Below are positions 52,701 to 60,179 of a DNA stretch of 64,000 nucleotides, one piece after another; within the stretch, counting starts at the first letter, position 1, and each line of letters starts with the position of its first letter. The notes below the pieces were generated by a model. That model ran no database searches. It worked only from the letters and a program-made list of their open reading frames with translations, and was not told the origin of the DNA. This DNA is from Hydrolagus colliei (Eukaryota), in NCBI GenBank assembly GCA_035084275.1, contig CM068755.1, forward strand, positions 9,486,001 to 9,550,000. The letters are read 5' to 3'. A program made the position numbers and the translations under genes.

Positions 52701-52875
52701 CTTCTTGTCGGGGAAAAAAAAAGGGCAAATCACATTCACCTTGTCCTGTCTGAGCCTCCGGTACACGTTCACGTATTATACGACAGGCATCATACACTAC
52801 TGTAGAAGGTTCAAATTGCATCGTCTTCACGACATTGCACTGACGGACGCAGATCTTCAGAGAAAGGGCCACCAT
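4613..52875 (-). CDS. tln2: Talin-2, complete multi-exon CDS (56 coding exons, 7629 nt, 2542 aa; FERM head, rod helical bundles, C-terminal I/LWEQ actin-binding domain and dimerisation helix)
   Basis: N-terminus [25 protein letters not shown] and C-terminus [13 protein letters not shown]. Talin-2-type segments ([37 protein letters not shown]). All exons are bounded by AG/GT with consistent phases, and the intronic mir-190 is characteristic of TLN2. Confidence 0.97.
5375..5522 (-). mobile_element. Short CpG-rich L2-like 3' end in intron 55
   Basis: Encodes [14 protein letters not shown] (L2 ORF2 terminal motif) and ends GCGTTATAAATGCA. Confidence 0.6.
5618..5743 (-). CDS. tln2: tln2 coding exon 55
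   Basis: [18 protein letters not shown]...FVGGIAQ; 126 nt. Confidence 0.95.
6857..7039 (-). CDS. tln2: tln2 coding exon 54
   Basis: [16 protein letters not shown]...SEAMRRLQ; 183 nt. Confidence 0.95.
7672..7973 (-). mobile_element. tRNA-derived SINE, near full length
   Basis: Head TGTAGCTCAGTGGTTAGA...; body and tail shared with other copies. Confidence 0.85.
8053..8115 (-). CDS. tln2: tln2 coding exon 53
   Basis: [21 protein letters not shown]; 63 nt. Confidence 0.95.
8221..8346 (-). CDS. tln2: tln2 coding exon 52
   Basis: [19 protein letters not shown]...ELVAQGK; 126 nt. Confidence 0.95.
8811..8895 (-). ncRNA. mir190a: mir-190 precursor in tln2 intron 51 (5p mature 8860-8881; 3p about 8824-8844)
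   Basis: Minus strand 8881-8860 reads UGAUAUGUUUGAUAUAUUAGGU (canonical miR-190-5p) and pairs with CUAUAUAUCAAACAUAUUCCU. Basal UG at -14/-13, apical UGU and a downstream CNNC are present. Known intronic miRNA of talin genes. Confidence 0.97.
9203..9327 (-). CDS. tln2: tln2 coding exon 51
   Basis: [14 protein letters not shown]...KPRAKPR; 125 nt. Confidence 0.95.
9658..9948 (-). mobile_element. tRNA-derived SINE, near full length
   Basis: Same family; GGTTTCGATTCC B box. Confidence 0.85.
9990..10192 (-). mobile_element. Older Deu-type SINE fragment (SacSINE1/AmnSINE-like)
   Basis: Motifs gtccacctgag, cttggtttaatg, tcagcctagactatg resemble DeuSINE consensus (from recall). Confidence 0.55.
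10892..10997 (-). CDS. tln2: tln2 coding exon 50
   Basis: [35 protein letters not shown]; 106 nt. Confidence 0.95.
11323..11430 (-). CDS. tln2: tln2 coding exon 49
   Basis: [17 protein letters not shown]...LDHVLV; 108 nt. Confidence 0.95.
11677..11862 (-). CDS. tln2: tln2 coding exon 48
   Basis: [10 protein letters not shown]...DMLTACK; 186 nt. Confidence 0.95.
12057..12173 (-). CDS. tln2: tln2 coding exon 47
   Basis: [39 protein letters not shown]; 117 nt. Confidence 0.95.
12356..12481 (-). CDS. tln2: tln2 coding exon 46
   Basis: [14 protein letters not shown]...QLKSAAK; 126 nt. Confidence 0.95.
12795..13101 (+). mobile_element. CR1-clade LINE 3' end
   Basis: Ends GGGGCCGAATGACCTACTCCTGCTCCTAATTGTTATGTTCTTA, a typical chondrichthyan CR1 terminus. 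Confidence 0.8.
13322..13505 (-). CDS. tln2: tln2 coding exon 45
   Basis: [15 protein letters not shown]...SNDPETQ; 184 nt. Confidence 0.95.
14454..14620 (-). CDS. tln2: tln2 coding exon 44
   Basis: [18 protein letters not shown]...ESFADH; 167 nt. Confidence 0.95.
14868..15014 (-). CDS. tln2: tln2 coding exon 43
   Basis: [16 protein letters not shown]...ARAVTEK; 147 nt. Confidence 0.95.
15778..15897 (-). CDS. tln2: tln2 coding exon 42
   Basis: [17 protein letters not shown]...TADTEE; 120 nt. Confidence 0.95.
16187..16288 (-). mobile_element. SINE 3' tail fragment
   Basis: aataatccttgcatttgata...ttgtgggtgaaat. Confidence 0.7.
16383..16484 (-). CDS. tln2: tln2 coding exon 41
   Basis: [34 protein letters not shown]; 102 nt. 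Confidence 0.95.
16721..16837 (+). repeat. G-rich low-complexity tract (G-quadruplex capable) in intron 40
   Basis: Many consecutive G3-G10 runs separated by single T/C/A bases. Confidence 0.9.
17252..17398 (-). CDS. tln2: tln2 coding exon 40
   Basis: [16 protein letters not shown]...IAEAMNR; 147 nt. Confidence 0.95.
17780..18120 (-). mobile_element. Degenerate tRNA-derived SINE of a third family (LF-SINE-like)
   Basis: Head GAGCTCCTTGATGGCTCAGTGG...TGGTGTGGCACTGACCCATACAG; related head at 27060-27165. Confidence 0.45.
19918..20345 (+). mobile_element. Deu-type SINE, near full length
   Basis: tRNA-like head TAGCTCAGCTGG...GGTTCAAGTTCC; Deu-like core CTGCTGTGTGCAAATTGGGTGCCGCATTTGCCCA; L2-like tail. 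Confidence 0.7.
20656..20695 (+). repeat. 18-bp tandem duplication
   Basis: (cagcaaaagaaaattcat)x2 + cagc. Confidence 0.85.
23640..23947 (-). mobile_element. tRNA-derived SINE, near full length
   Basis: Same family as 7672-7973. Confidence 0.85.
24024..24194 (-). CDS. tln2: tln2 coding exon 39
   Basis: [11 protein letters not shown]...KEGGGNPK; 171 nt. Confidence 0.95.
24315..24416 (-). CDS. tln2: tln2 coding exon 38
   Basis: [34 protein letters not shown]; 102 nt. Confidence 0.95.
24891..25023 (-). CDS. tln2: tln2 coding exon 37
   Basis: [14 protein letters not shown]...RDDISLE; 133 nt. Confidence 0.95.
25256..25437 (-). CDS. tln2: tln2 coding exon 36
   Basis: [13 protein letters not shown]...IKSLITSI; 182 nt. 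Confidence 0.95.
25782..25922 (-). CDS. tln2: tln2 coding exon 35
   Basis: [14 protein letters not shown]...IPAQIGVE; 141 nt. Confidence 0.95.
26269..26430 (-). CDS. tln2: tln2 coding exon 34
   Basis: [19 protein letters not shown]...NLVKTIK; 162 nt. Confidence 0.95.
26548..26691 (-). CDS. tln2: tln2 coding exon 33
   Basis: [18 protein letters not shown]...ASSPSQ; 144 nt. Confidence 0.95.
27060..27165 (-). mobile_element. SINE head fragment (third family)
   Basis: Similar to 18020-18120. Confidence 0.4.
27845..27967 (-). CDS. tln2: tln2 coding exon 32
   Basis: [16 protein letters not shown]...LTEAAAQ; 123 nt. Confidence 0.95.
28055..28144 (-). CDS. tln2: tln2 coding exon 31
   Basis: [30 protein letters not shown]; 90 nt. 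Confidence 0.95.
28350..28505 (-). mobile_element. SINE 3' half
   Basis: cttcacagaatatactgtaaagtgaattgac. Confidence 0.7.
29317..29410 (-). CDS. tln2: tln2 coding exon 30
   Basis: [31 protein letters not shown]; 94 nt. Confidence 0.95.
29857..29996 (-). CDS. tln2: tln2 coding exon 29
   Basis: [23 protein letters not shown]...LLAAAA; 140 nt. Confidence 0.95.
31084..31281 (-). CDS. tln2: tln2 coding exon 28
   Basis: [15 protein letters not shown]...EMAGQTQ; 198 nt. Confidence 0.95.
31596..31715 (-). CDS. tln2: tln2 coding exon 27
   Basis: [20 protein letters not shown]...KLLVDL; 120 nt. Confidence 0.95.
33383..33591 (-). CDS. tln2: tln2 coding exon 26
   Basis: [13 protein letters not shown]...ESQQRLAQ; 209 nt. 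Confidence 0.95.
33955..34057 (-). CDS. tln2: tln2 coding exon 25
   Basis: [34 protein letters not shown]; 103 nt. Confidence 0.95.
34493..34800 (+). mobile_element. tRNA-derived SINE, full length, antisense to tln2
   Basis: GGAGCTCCTTTAGCTCAGTGGTTTGAGC...GTTCGAATCC...TCAAATGCAATGATT. Confidence 0.85.
34857..34985 (-). CDS. tln2: tln2 coding exon 24
   Basis: [14 protein letters not shown]...LKPLPGET; 129 nt. Confidence 0.95.
35190..35324 (-). CDS. tln2: tln2 coding exon 23
   Basis: [15 protein letters not shown]...ELRTSVQK; 135 nt. Confidence 0.95.
35506..35619 (-). CDS. tln2: tln2 coding exon 22
   Basis: [17 protein letters not shown]...ASQNFLQ; 114 nt. Confidence 0.95.
35988..36101 (-). 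CDS. tln2: tln2 coding exon 21
   Basis: [16 protein letters not shown]...QQLVQSCK; 114 nt. Confidence 0.95.
37545..37673 (-). CDS. tln2: tln2 coding exon 20
   Basis: [15 protein letters not shown]...KKLINRLE; 129 nt. Confidence 0.95.
37850..38150 (+). mobile_element. Degenerate SINE body (LF-SINE-like); similar segment at 49590-49770
   Basis: Shared motifs aagtgagg(c/a)cagg and gctca(t/c)a(a/c)atgaa; family assignment from recall. Confidence 0.35.
38780..38946 (-). CDS. tln2: tln2 coding exon 19
   Basis: [14 protein letters not shown]...ARMVEAAK; 167 nt. Confidence 0.95.
39010..39125 (-). mobile_element. CR1 3' end fragment
   Basis: caggagtaggc...aagatcatggctga, the reverse complement of the 12795-13101 terminus type. 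Confidence 0.6.
39530..39666. mobile_element. Chondrichthyan interspersed repeat terminus (possibly Penelope-like)
   Basis: aaatactgcagatgctggaaatctg...aacgtttcaggtc motif recalled from shark genomes; class uncertain. Confidence 0.45.
39877..40171 (-). CDS. tln2: tln2 coding exon 18
   Basis: [15 protein letters not shown]...FSSMGDA; 295 nt. Confidence 0.95.
40698..40865 (-). CDS. tln2: tln2 coding exon 17
   Basis: [12 protein letters not shown]...QLVACAK; 168 nt. Confidence 0.95.
41339..41437 (-). CDS. tln2: tln2 coding exon 16
   Basis: [33 protein letters not shown]; 99 nt. Confidence 0.95.
42007..42215 (-). CDS. tln2: tln2 coding exon 15
   Basis: [13 protein letters not shown]...AVEPSSGE; 209 nt. 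Confidence 0.95.
42785..43325 (+). mobile_element. Deu-type SINE with a nested opposite-strand SINE tail (42833-42941)
   Basis: Head agcctatctcagctggtag...ctctgagtcagaa resumes at tgtaggttgaagccc after the insert. Confidence 0.65.
44093..44201 (-). CDS. tln2: tln2 coding exon 14
   Basis: [36 protein letters not shown]; 109 nt. Confidence 0.95.
44490..44603 (-). CDS. tln2: tln2 coding exon 13
   Basis: [15 protein letters not shown]...LPPLGRDL; 114 nt. Confidence 0.95.
44942..45122 (-). CDS. tln2: tln2 coding exon 12
   Basis: [12 protein letters not shown]...MHRGHMPPL; 181 nt. Confidence 0.95.
45794..45870 (-). CDS. tln2: tln2 coding exon 11
   Basis: [25 protein letters not shown]; 77 nt. 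Confidence 0.95.
46027..46406 (-). mobile_element. tRNA-derived SINE, long variant, full length
   Basis: Head GGAGTCTTGTAGCTCAGTGATTAGAGCG...GGGTTCGATTCCC; extra internal segment of about 75 bp. Confidence 0.85.
47029..47130 (-). CDS. tln2: tln2 coding exon 10
   Basis: [34 protein letters not shown]; 102 nt. Confidence 0.95.
47510..47800 (-). mobile_element. tRNA-derived SINE, long variant, 5'-truncated about 15 nt from the exon 9 donor
   Basis: Same family. Confidence 0.8.
47815..47970 (-). CDS. tln2: tln2 coding exon 9 (F3)
   Basis: [15 protein letters not shown]...[11 protein letters not shown]; 156 nt. Confidence 0.95.
48245..48560. mobile_element. SINE tail (minus, about 48245-48385) followed by a CR1 fragment (plus, about 48420-48560)
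   Basis: atccttgcatttgatg tail; aggacaagggtcacag...catttcttt...gctggaatg CR1 ORF2-end pattern. Confidence 0.55.
48703..48807 (-). CDS. tln2: tln2 coding exon 8
   Basis: [35 protein letters not shown]; 105 nt. Confidence 0.95.
48899..48962 (-). CDS. tln2: tln2 coding exon 7
   Basis: [21 protein letters not shown]; 64 nt. Confidence 0.95.
49005..49290 (-). mobile_element. SINE fragment with a nested L2 3' end (about 49118-49257)
   Basis: SINE tail, then acaacaacaaaattacac... L2 end as at 853-970, then the SINE resumes at gattgaagtgaccaatttatt. Confidence 0.75.
49352..49479 (-). CDS. tln2: tln2 coding exon 6
   Basis: [20 protein letters not shown]...HKPGFL; 128 nt. Confidence 0.95.
49853..49995 (-). 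CDS. tln2: tln2 coding exon 5
   Basis: [13 protein letters not shown]...LNLLYVQ; 143 nt. Confidence 0.95.
50810..50962 (-). CDS. tln2: tln2 coding exon 4
   Basis: [12 protein letters not shown]...KLHTDDD; 153 nt. Confidence 0.95.
51413..51542 (-). CDS. tln2: tln2 coding exon 3
   Basis: [19 protein letters not shown]...ICSRI; 130 nt. Confidence 0.95.
51700..51879 (-). mobile_element. tRNA-derived SINE, 5' half
   Basis: Same family. Confidence 0.8.
52326..52423 (-). CDS. tln2: tln2 coding exon 2
   Basis: [32 protein letters not shown]; 98 nt. Confidence 0.95.
52740..52875 (-). CDS. tln2: tln2 coding exon 1 (exon extends to acceptor at 52912; 37 nt precede the ATG)
   Basis: [12 protein letters not shown]...EAQTGQ; 136 nt. 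Confidence 0.95.
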
Positions 52876-53102
52876 GATGTCAGATGATTGGGAGGCCGTC
52901 CACTCAACAAACCTGCATCAAAATTGAAAAAAATAAAAGGTTTCTAAATATTTCATGAAATTCACATATTTGTGGCATTATCATCTTTCTAATCAATTCG
53001 AAAAAGCAAGTGATCAACAACTACAACAATTAGCATTTGTAAACCTTTCACTTGGGAGTAACGTTGGTGGATAAGGAGGCAATAAATTGTGCATCTAGAG
53101 AA

Positions 53103-53290
53103 ATCATCATTCTTGAATTTGATATAGAGCCTTTTACATAGGGAAGAGAACTCACAATGCTTCATAGGATTCACGGTAAAAAATATATCAACACAGTAGT
53201 AATAATTCTTGCATTTGATCAAATAACTTATGATGTGTTTAAGACTTCTCAGTGTTTCACAAAATACATTGCAAAGTGAATTCACTGGGA
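53103..53290 (-). mobile_element. Two tandem SINE/L2 tail fragments
   Basis: ttcttgaatttgatatag and ttcttgcatttgatc. Confidence 0.55.
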
Positions 53291-53294
53291 ATAT

Positions 53295-53650
53295 TCATAG
53301 AATCGTAGAATTTTACGGCACAAAAGGAGGCCATTCGGCCCATCTGGCCTCCACCATCTTTTCAGGCAATGCATTCCAGATTCGAACAACCTGCTGAGTG
53401 AAAACATTTCTCCTCAGCTCCCCTCTGTTTCGTTTTGAAACTATTTTAAATCTGTGACCACGAGTCACAGATTCACCCATCAGTGGAAACAGTTTTTCCT
53501 TATTCACCCTGTCGAATCCCCTCATGGTTTTATAAACCTCTATTAGGTCTCCTCTCAACCATCTCTATTCTAAAGAGAATATACCTAGCACATCTAGCCT
53601 TTCCTCATAACTGAAGTCCCTCAATCCTGGTACCATTCTAGTAAACCTTA
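53295..53650 (-). mobile_element. CR1-clade LINE 3' fragment
   Basis: ORF RGDLIEVYKTMRGFDRV...TRGHRFK...FTQQVVRIWNALP is the canonical CR1 ORF2 C-terminus. Confidence 0.9.
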
Positions 53651-54387
53651 TATTGTGAGCAAAATGGAATCAGATGGAATCACCTTAATTCTCTCAAAGA
53701 ATGGGAGTTGAGGTTGTGCTGCATGTCAAATATATTAGGCTTCTTAGACAGAGAGAAAAATAATTTGACCCAGTTGACAAGGAGAATTTAAATTGATGTT
53801 CTGAGTTAGGCTGCAGTAAAGCATGACATCGTGGCACAAAGGAGGTTTCGTCTACAAGGTCAGAAGGCATGGAATAGGAGAGGAGGTTCTGAAGCGGAAC
53901 GGAAATAGGCTGAATCGGAGGAAACTAAACTAAAAAAATGATAAAAATAAGGGGTCAGAAGACCAACATAGCTTTAAAGCCACTTGAAATTATTTTTGTT
54001 TCCTTAAATCACTTTGTTTCCTTAATGAGACAAATGAATCACAAAGGAAAACCAACGCAGGAGCTTGCACACTCTGAATTAGCGGATTTGAAAAAGTTCA
54101 CCTTACTTATGAAAATTCAATGGGGAAAGCAATTTCCCCTGTGAAACTCAGCAATTTCCTATCTGCAGATAGCGGTATAATATTGAAGCAACCATCATTT
54201 TCTGGTTGTTTCAATGGAACAAACTCAAACTCAAATTTTGCAAAAGAAAAAAATGCTTGCAAATTGAGTTAGGAAAACTGCAAGCGGTTAAAAATAGCGG
54301 ATTGAGGTGCACAAGAAATATTAGCAACGAGCTATGTTCAAGATAAAGAGTGGTGCTAATATATCAAAAAATCTGAATTAACTCAAT

Positions 54388-54497
54388 TATAATAATACTT
54401 GCATTTGATATAGCTTTTTTCACATCTTATCGACGTCTCAAAGCGCTTCACAGAATATACTGTAAAGTGAATTGACTGTATATTTGGAGGTGAAATA
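54388..54497 (-). mobile_element. SINE 3' tail fragment
   Basis: Same family. Confidence 0.75.
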
Positions 54498-54827
54498 GCA
54501 ATAGTATAGATAGTATTTCTAAATTGAAAATGTTGTTCCTGTTCTCAGCCCTGCCACTAGGAGAGGGTGCAGGTCACCCATAGGCCAAGAGATGTGCACA
54601 GTGTGGGAAAATTACAGCCTAGTTCTCACTCACATAAACAGTGAGTATCCAAGCAGCCCATTCATATATTGGGGCTACTCTATAAACATTATGTTTCTGT
54701 GTGCAAAATTGCGCCGAATAATTTCTCAAATAAAATGATGCTGGAAAGAATTTTGGCAACACATAAGCAGTGCAAGTGTGCATAGCCAGAATTTTCCTAG
54801 TAGGCCATTGTACCCTGTGTATACAAT

Positions 54828-55103
54828 ATAATAATAATCCTTGCATTTGATTTAGCGCCTTATTATATTGTTGAGACATCTTAAAGCGCCTCACGGAATG
54901 TAATAATAATCCTTGAATTTGATATGGTGCTTTTCACGTCTTCTAGACCTCTCAAAGCGCTTCACAGAATATACTGTAAAGTGATTCGACTGTATATATG
55001 TGGGCGAAACGCAGCAGCCAATTGCGCACAGCAGTGCCCCACAAGGAGCCTTGGATTGAAGACACCAATTTTAATTTTTTTTGGGGGTTGGGGATTATTA
55101 TTT
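54828..55103 (-). mobile_element. SINE 3' half with a second tandem tail
   Basis: Two aataataatccttg tails at about 54830 and 54902. Confidence 0.8.
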
Positions 55104-56329
55104 TCAAGGACAACTTCATGATAAATACATTAAATAGTAAATCGTGAACCACCGTTTCATCTTAACCCATCAGAAAATAAGACACATCCAGAAATTCCTT
55201 CCATTCCATTGATTAAATAAAATAGGTTTATCGCAGGTGGGATATATAGAGACATCTTACAAATTAGCTTAATTTTAATCAAGACTTAGTGCTTACTTGG
55301 TGCTCCATTGTATAAAGATGTTGCATTTTGATCTGAAACTGATCAGAAAGACCGACCACCTGTTACAAGAACACCCTAACATCTGTTCTAACAAGTTAGC
55401 AATTTCAAACTAGCACTGGTCTGAAACTTATCTCGAAAGTGATCAGTAGAAACCAGTTTTAATGTTGCCCTTTCAATCCCATAACCAGGCAGCTGCTTAG
55501 CCTGACTGCAATTTTTTTTTAAAAAATCACCAGGTGGTTACACTTGCATAAAAAATATCTGCAGTAATCTGGAATACAATTTTTCACATAAAAGATAGAC
55601 AATGAAAGGATTGTACAGGCCTTTGAATCATTTTAATTGGCTTTGTATTTAAGGATCTTTGCAGCCCAGATCCATAAACGGACAGAGTTCGAACACAATA
55701 TTTGAAAGTAATTTCACATCAATAAACATAATACACCAGAGTCAAAAGAAATAAGCAATTGTTTGGACGCGTAATGCAAAATTACCAAGTCATCTCTTTG
55801 GCAAGATGAGAGGCAAGAGCCTTCAAGCAAGGAAACCAAAGCAGTTCCCCTCCGGGTGATCGCCTCTCAGGATACCCACACCTAATATTTCTGAAGAACT
55901 TCAGGAAATAACTCCACAAGCGACACTGCAGGCAGGGCACACCAGAGGTCACTGATTATACAGCAGGCTCTGTAGATTCTGCAAAGGCTGATCCCTTCAA
56001 TTTCAGCTTCTGCCACCAATATATTAAATTGGGCTTCCAACCCCGAGGCAAGTACTTAACATAAAACAAAAAAATGTGGTGCAAACACAGCCACAGAAAA
56101 GGCTTAGAGAAGCATGTGGGAAACAGAAGCACAAACCACACTAGCTCAAACCTATTTGTTTAACATTATAAATAAAGTCACAATCACAAAGGAATATGTA
56201 TCCATTTTTACAATACATTTTTGGATATCCTATTCCAGACTGAAAAGCAGTCAATAGATACAGTGAAGCTCCAGAAACTCTGACAATATGAGGTTATCAA
56301 CTTTAGAAAATGATTCATTAATCACACAA

Positions 56330-56358
56330 TGTTTAATGTGTTCGGAACACATTAAACA
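56330..56358. repeat. 29-bp palindrome (14-bp perfect arms, 1-nt spacer)
   Basis: tgtttaatgtgttc-g-gaacacattaaaca. Confidence 0.9.
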
Positions 56359-56392
56359 ACGTCAGCATTCCCTCCTCTATCAATCACTTGAC

Positions 56393-56506
56393 AACAATAA
56401 TAATCCTTACATTTGATATAGCGCTTTGCATGTCTTCTAGACGTCTCAAACTGTTTCACAGAATTTACTGTAAAGTGAATTGACTGTATATTTTTGTGGG
56501 CAAACC
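56393..56506 (-). mobile_element. SINE 3' tail fragment
   Basis: Same family. Confidence 0.75.
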
Positions 56507-56974
56507 ATATTCTTCACAATCAGAGGTAACCCCAGTGCAACTATATGTGTAAAATTCACACATGTCATCTCAGTAGGGACCAAAACATTCAATAACTTAC
56601 ACAAAATATGAGTTTCAGGCAAACTTGCGTAAGTCTGATTTTATATGACTAACACATAACAATAAACAAGTATCTTATTTTCTGTGCTTGTTTCAACTGA
56701 GTTCACTGTACTGCACTAGGCATGCAGTATTTTTCAGAGGGTTAGTTGGGTGCCTGACACATGCAGAAACTCATTACCATGACTAAGGGGATCCACAACA
56801 AACTGAGATTTCCATGCATCCCACCTACTCATGGAAATCCCAGAGACAAATTGTTTGAATGGCATGTGCAATCTCTCCCTGGAGGGACACATCCTGCTTA
56901 CCTAATTCAGGAAAGTACTGTGTTACAACAAATACAAAATTACATTGGTAGAGTGCCTTTCATGTTGCCTTTCA

Positions 56975-57220
56975 TATTGGGAGCACCTGAGTATGGGGGC
57001 AGCTGAAGGCACAGTAGAAGAGGGTCTTGAGTCAGGCCTTGAAGGAGGCAAGAGACGGAGCAAGGCAAAGGGATTGAGGGATGGAGTTTCAAAGGGTGAG
57101 TGCAGAGAGTCTGAAAGCCAGGCCACTGATGTTTGGATCGAGTTGGCACTTGTTGGCAAGAGCAAGGCGTGGGAATCCCAGAGTGTGCGTTGGGGTAACT
57201 GCTGGAGCCTAACCAACTCA
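56975..57220 (-). mobile_element. L2 LINE fragment
   Basis: aagagggtcttgagtcaggccttgaaggaggcaag is similar to 1008-1045. Confidence 0.6.
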
Positions 57221-57705
57221 ATCAGCATAGCTTGCTATTGATATTGCTGTCCGGGAAGCATTCCCGCTGCTTTTCCAGTAAGGATAAGAGCTTTGCTCCA
57301 GTTTTATCGGGGGGGGGGGGGGGGGGGCGGGTTGTATATGCATGGACCATTCCGATGTGTACAAATACAGCCAAAGCTGTTTTAAAATGGCAACATTTCT
57401 TGGCAGTCACTCCTTGACAAAATGTACAAAGATGGTGGTGTTTTACATATGATTGAATGTACTGATTTATTTTTGAATGTATGTCAATCCAGTTCCCATC
57501 TGAAATTCCCTGCCCCACCCTGGTCTGCCAAAACTGCAAGCTATCCCCCGGCAAGGAGAAAATGACAAAGAAGGACATTGCCATTGATACTATTAAACTG
57601 TTTCTAACAGTCACTAAAAATCAAGCGTTTTTTTTTTAAAAAAAGCTACTTTGTACAATTCAAAGGACTATTGAAAAGCAAAAAAGGTTGCTGTTTGTCA
57701 CTCAC

Positions 57706-57749
57706 CTTGAAGCAGAATGTTTAGAAAACCTTGTTGAAATGTCAATCAT
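57706..57749 (-). CDS. Candidate alternative upstream exon (coding part) giving an in-frame 27-aa N-terminal extension of talin-2
   Basis: ATG at 57749 and donor AAG|GTGAGT at 57706/57705; 44 nt plus the 37-nt leader of exon 1 is 81 nt, stop-free and in frame. Confidence 0.45.
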
Positions 57750-60179
57750 TGCTTGCAACACAGTTAAAAAAAAATCTAACAATTTTGTTTGCTGGAAACT
57801 GCACCCTTCAAAACTGGGCAGTTAAGAAAAGGATCTAAAACATATCCTAGATGTTCAGTGTTTCGTCTCTGAGCTTTCTTTTCGCAATTCAATTTACTGG
57901 TTTAGTTTCCATGGCACCACTTGCACCACTCTAACTATGTGATTAACTGTATCATGTGCGTTGCGCTTTGGTTAGGTTCCATCTTATACTCTATCACTCC
58001 ATACTTCAGCCTTTATTGCCTGCATAATATTTTCTACATTTTAAATAAATTACAGTCAATTTGAATACTAGCACCATCAATTCAGCTAATTTTTACAAAA
58101 AACCAATCACATGCTTGGTTTACATTCCAACCTAACATTGGCTATTGTCAAATTATCAGACCCATTCTGCTCCATAACATACAATTTTCTGCTGCTTGTG
58201 ATTGCTATTTCTGAACTCACCATATGGTCTGAGTAGCATTAAAATGTAGCCTTGCAAGTATTTTCACAGCCTGGATAATGCACCCCATACTATGAAGCAT
58301 AGAAAATTGGACTTCAGAAAGGGTTCAACTAAACAAACTTTAACATGTTCCAATTTAGGGTAAAAAGTTGAGAGATCATGGTAAAGAAAGCAGAAACAAC
58401 ACAGCAGGGCTACAAGACAACAAATATATTAAAAGTCCAGCAATCCTAAGTATGATAAGTATTTGCCAAAGCCATTTTCTTTACATAAAAAGATTGATGA
58501 ACTGTGTCTTTCTCGTATTTCTTTTTTTAAAAGTTTACATGCACTTGTGACTTTATTGCAAGGCTGAGTTTATTATCTGTACATGGGAAAGTGGGTCTCC
58601 ATTCAGTTCGGTGTAGGAATCTGCATTCCATGAGTAAAGTTTCCGTCTTTCAGTTTTGGGTCAGTCGGAGAAGCAAGTTAATCCTTTTTTCCATAGTCAA
58701 TGTTACAATGTTTAAGGGAACTAAAACCCATTTGTACTGAATTAGAAATCTGTTTGATGAAGGAGAAAAGTGCCCAAATCTTTGCCAGGAGTTTAAAAAC
58801 AAAACACCAGTAATCCCTTCTTATTGAAAAAGTATTCATTTTGTCAACCAATTGAAAAGGAATCAGGGCTATTATAGTTTACAGAATTGAGGCCTTTCTT
58901 GAATCAGGCAATCTTTGAACCCTCAGGCCAGCAATGTTCAAAAATTACATTCCTAAAGAATATAATGCACAAAAAACAAAGTCACAGAATGTAAGGACAT
59001 GAGTTATTGCCTGCAAATTCCAGTAAGTGTATAAATATCTCCTTTTTATAGAATACTGCTTTCATTCAACTAAGTGCTGGATAAATTTGAATTCTTTGTG
59101 GCAGCAGCTAAACTGGTTTGTGAAGATGTTGTAATTTACTTGTGATTTTCAGACAGCCTTTAACCCCGGCCTGAGGGTCCAACGATTGCCTGACTCAAGA
59201 AAGGACTCAATTTTGTTGTACAAAGCTTGTGAAATTTATTTAGTTTCAGATAAATTAGGGTAAATATTGGTTTAACAAAAAGCTGGGGACAGGGAGAATA
59301 ATCTCACCTGGACAGTGACAAGCACATTTTAATCACGGTCTGTTCTCAGCCTATATCATGATAATATGTGGGATATATTGTGGAACATGAAAATGATGAA
59401 TATAGGAAAGGTTAAAGAGTATTTAAGTATATCTGGAAGTTAACTGAATTACAGTACCTGGATTTTTATATAGATGAATATAATTTCATGTATATTAAAC
59501 TAGAATCTTGCAATATTTGCATGATGAAGTCAGTTAGCAAGGGATCCATCCGTAGGGTAGAGAAGGTAAAACAACAAAATTTATAGAGCGCCTTTCACGT
59601 CGGGAGGAGTCAAGTGTAAACATTGATTATGGATTGAAAGTTTTCAATCAATATGAAGTAATTATCAAAAAAGCTAACAGATTTGCACATGGGACTTGGG
59701 AGAGAATAATCAAATTTATTTTAACCTTGAGAGGCCTCATTTGTGAAATGAGTCTGAAAGCAGGGATTCCTCCCACTCTACTGTCATTAACCCAGATACC
59801 TAATGGGTTGGGTGGCCAGCCAGAGCTGGACCAGAAGTGGTAAGCATTGGTAACTGGTTAAAATCCACCATAACACCAAGGTACACTCTGGGGGTCTCCA
59901 TGTCTGGGTTCTTGCCAACCTGTAACCAATTATTTCCAAAATAAATCTGGTGCATGCCTCCTGGAAAAGAGAGTGCACTGCATTCCAGGCACAGAGAAAT
60001 TTCTAAATGTTGGTGACGTACATCTTACTCTTAAGTGTGGTGATGGCTTTCCACGTGTCAGATATCCGACCTGAAGGAAACGTGAAATGAGGGGTTAATT
60101 AGCTCATTTAACATTGGAAGTCCGACAAGCATTGGAGCTGATGAATTTGGCCACAGCATTCCAAAATTACAGAACAAAA

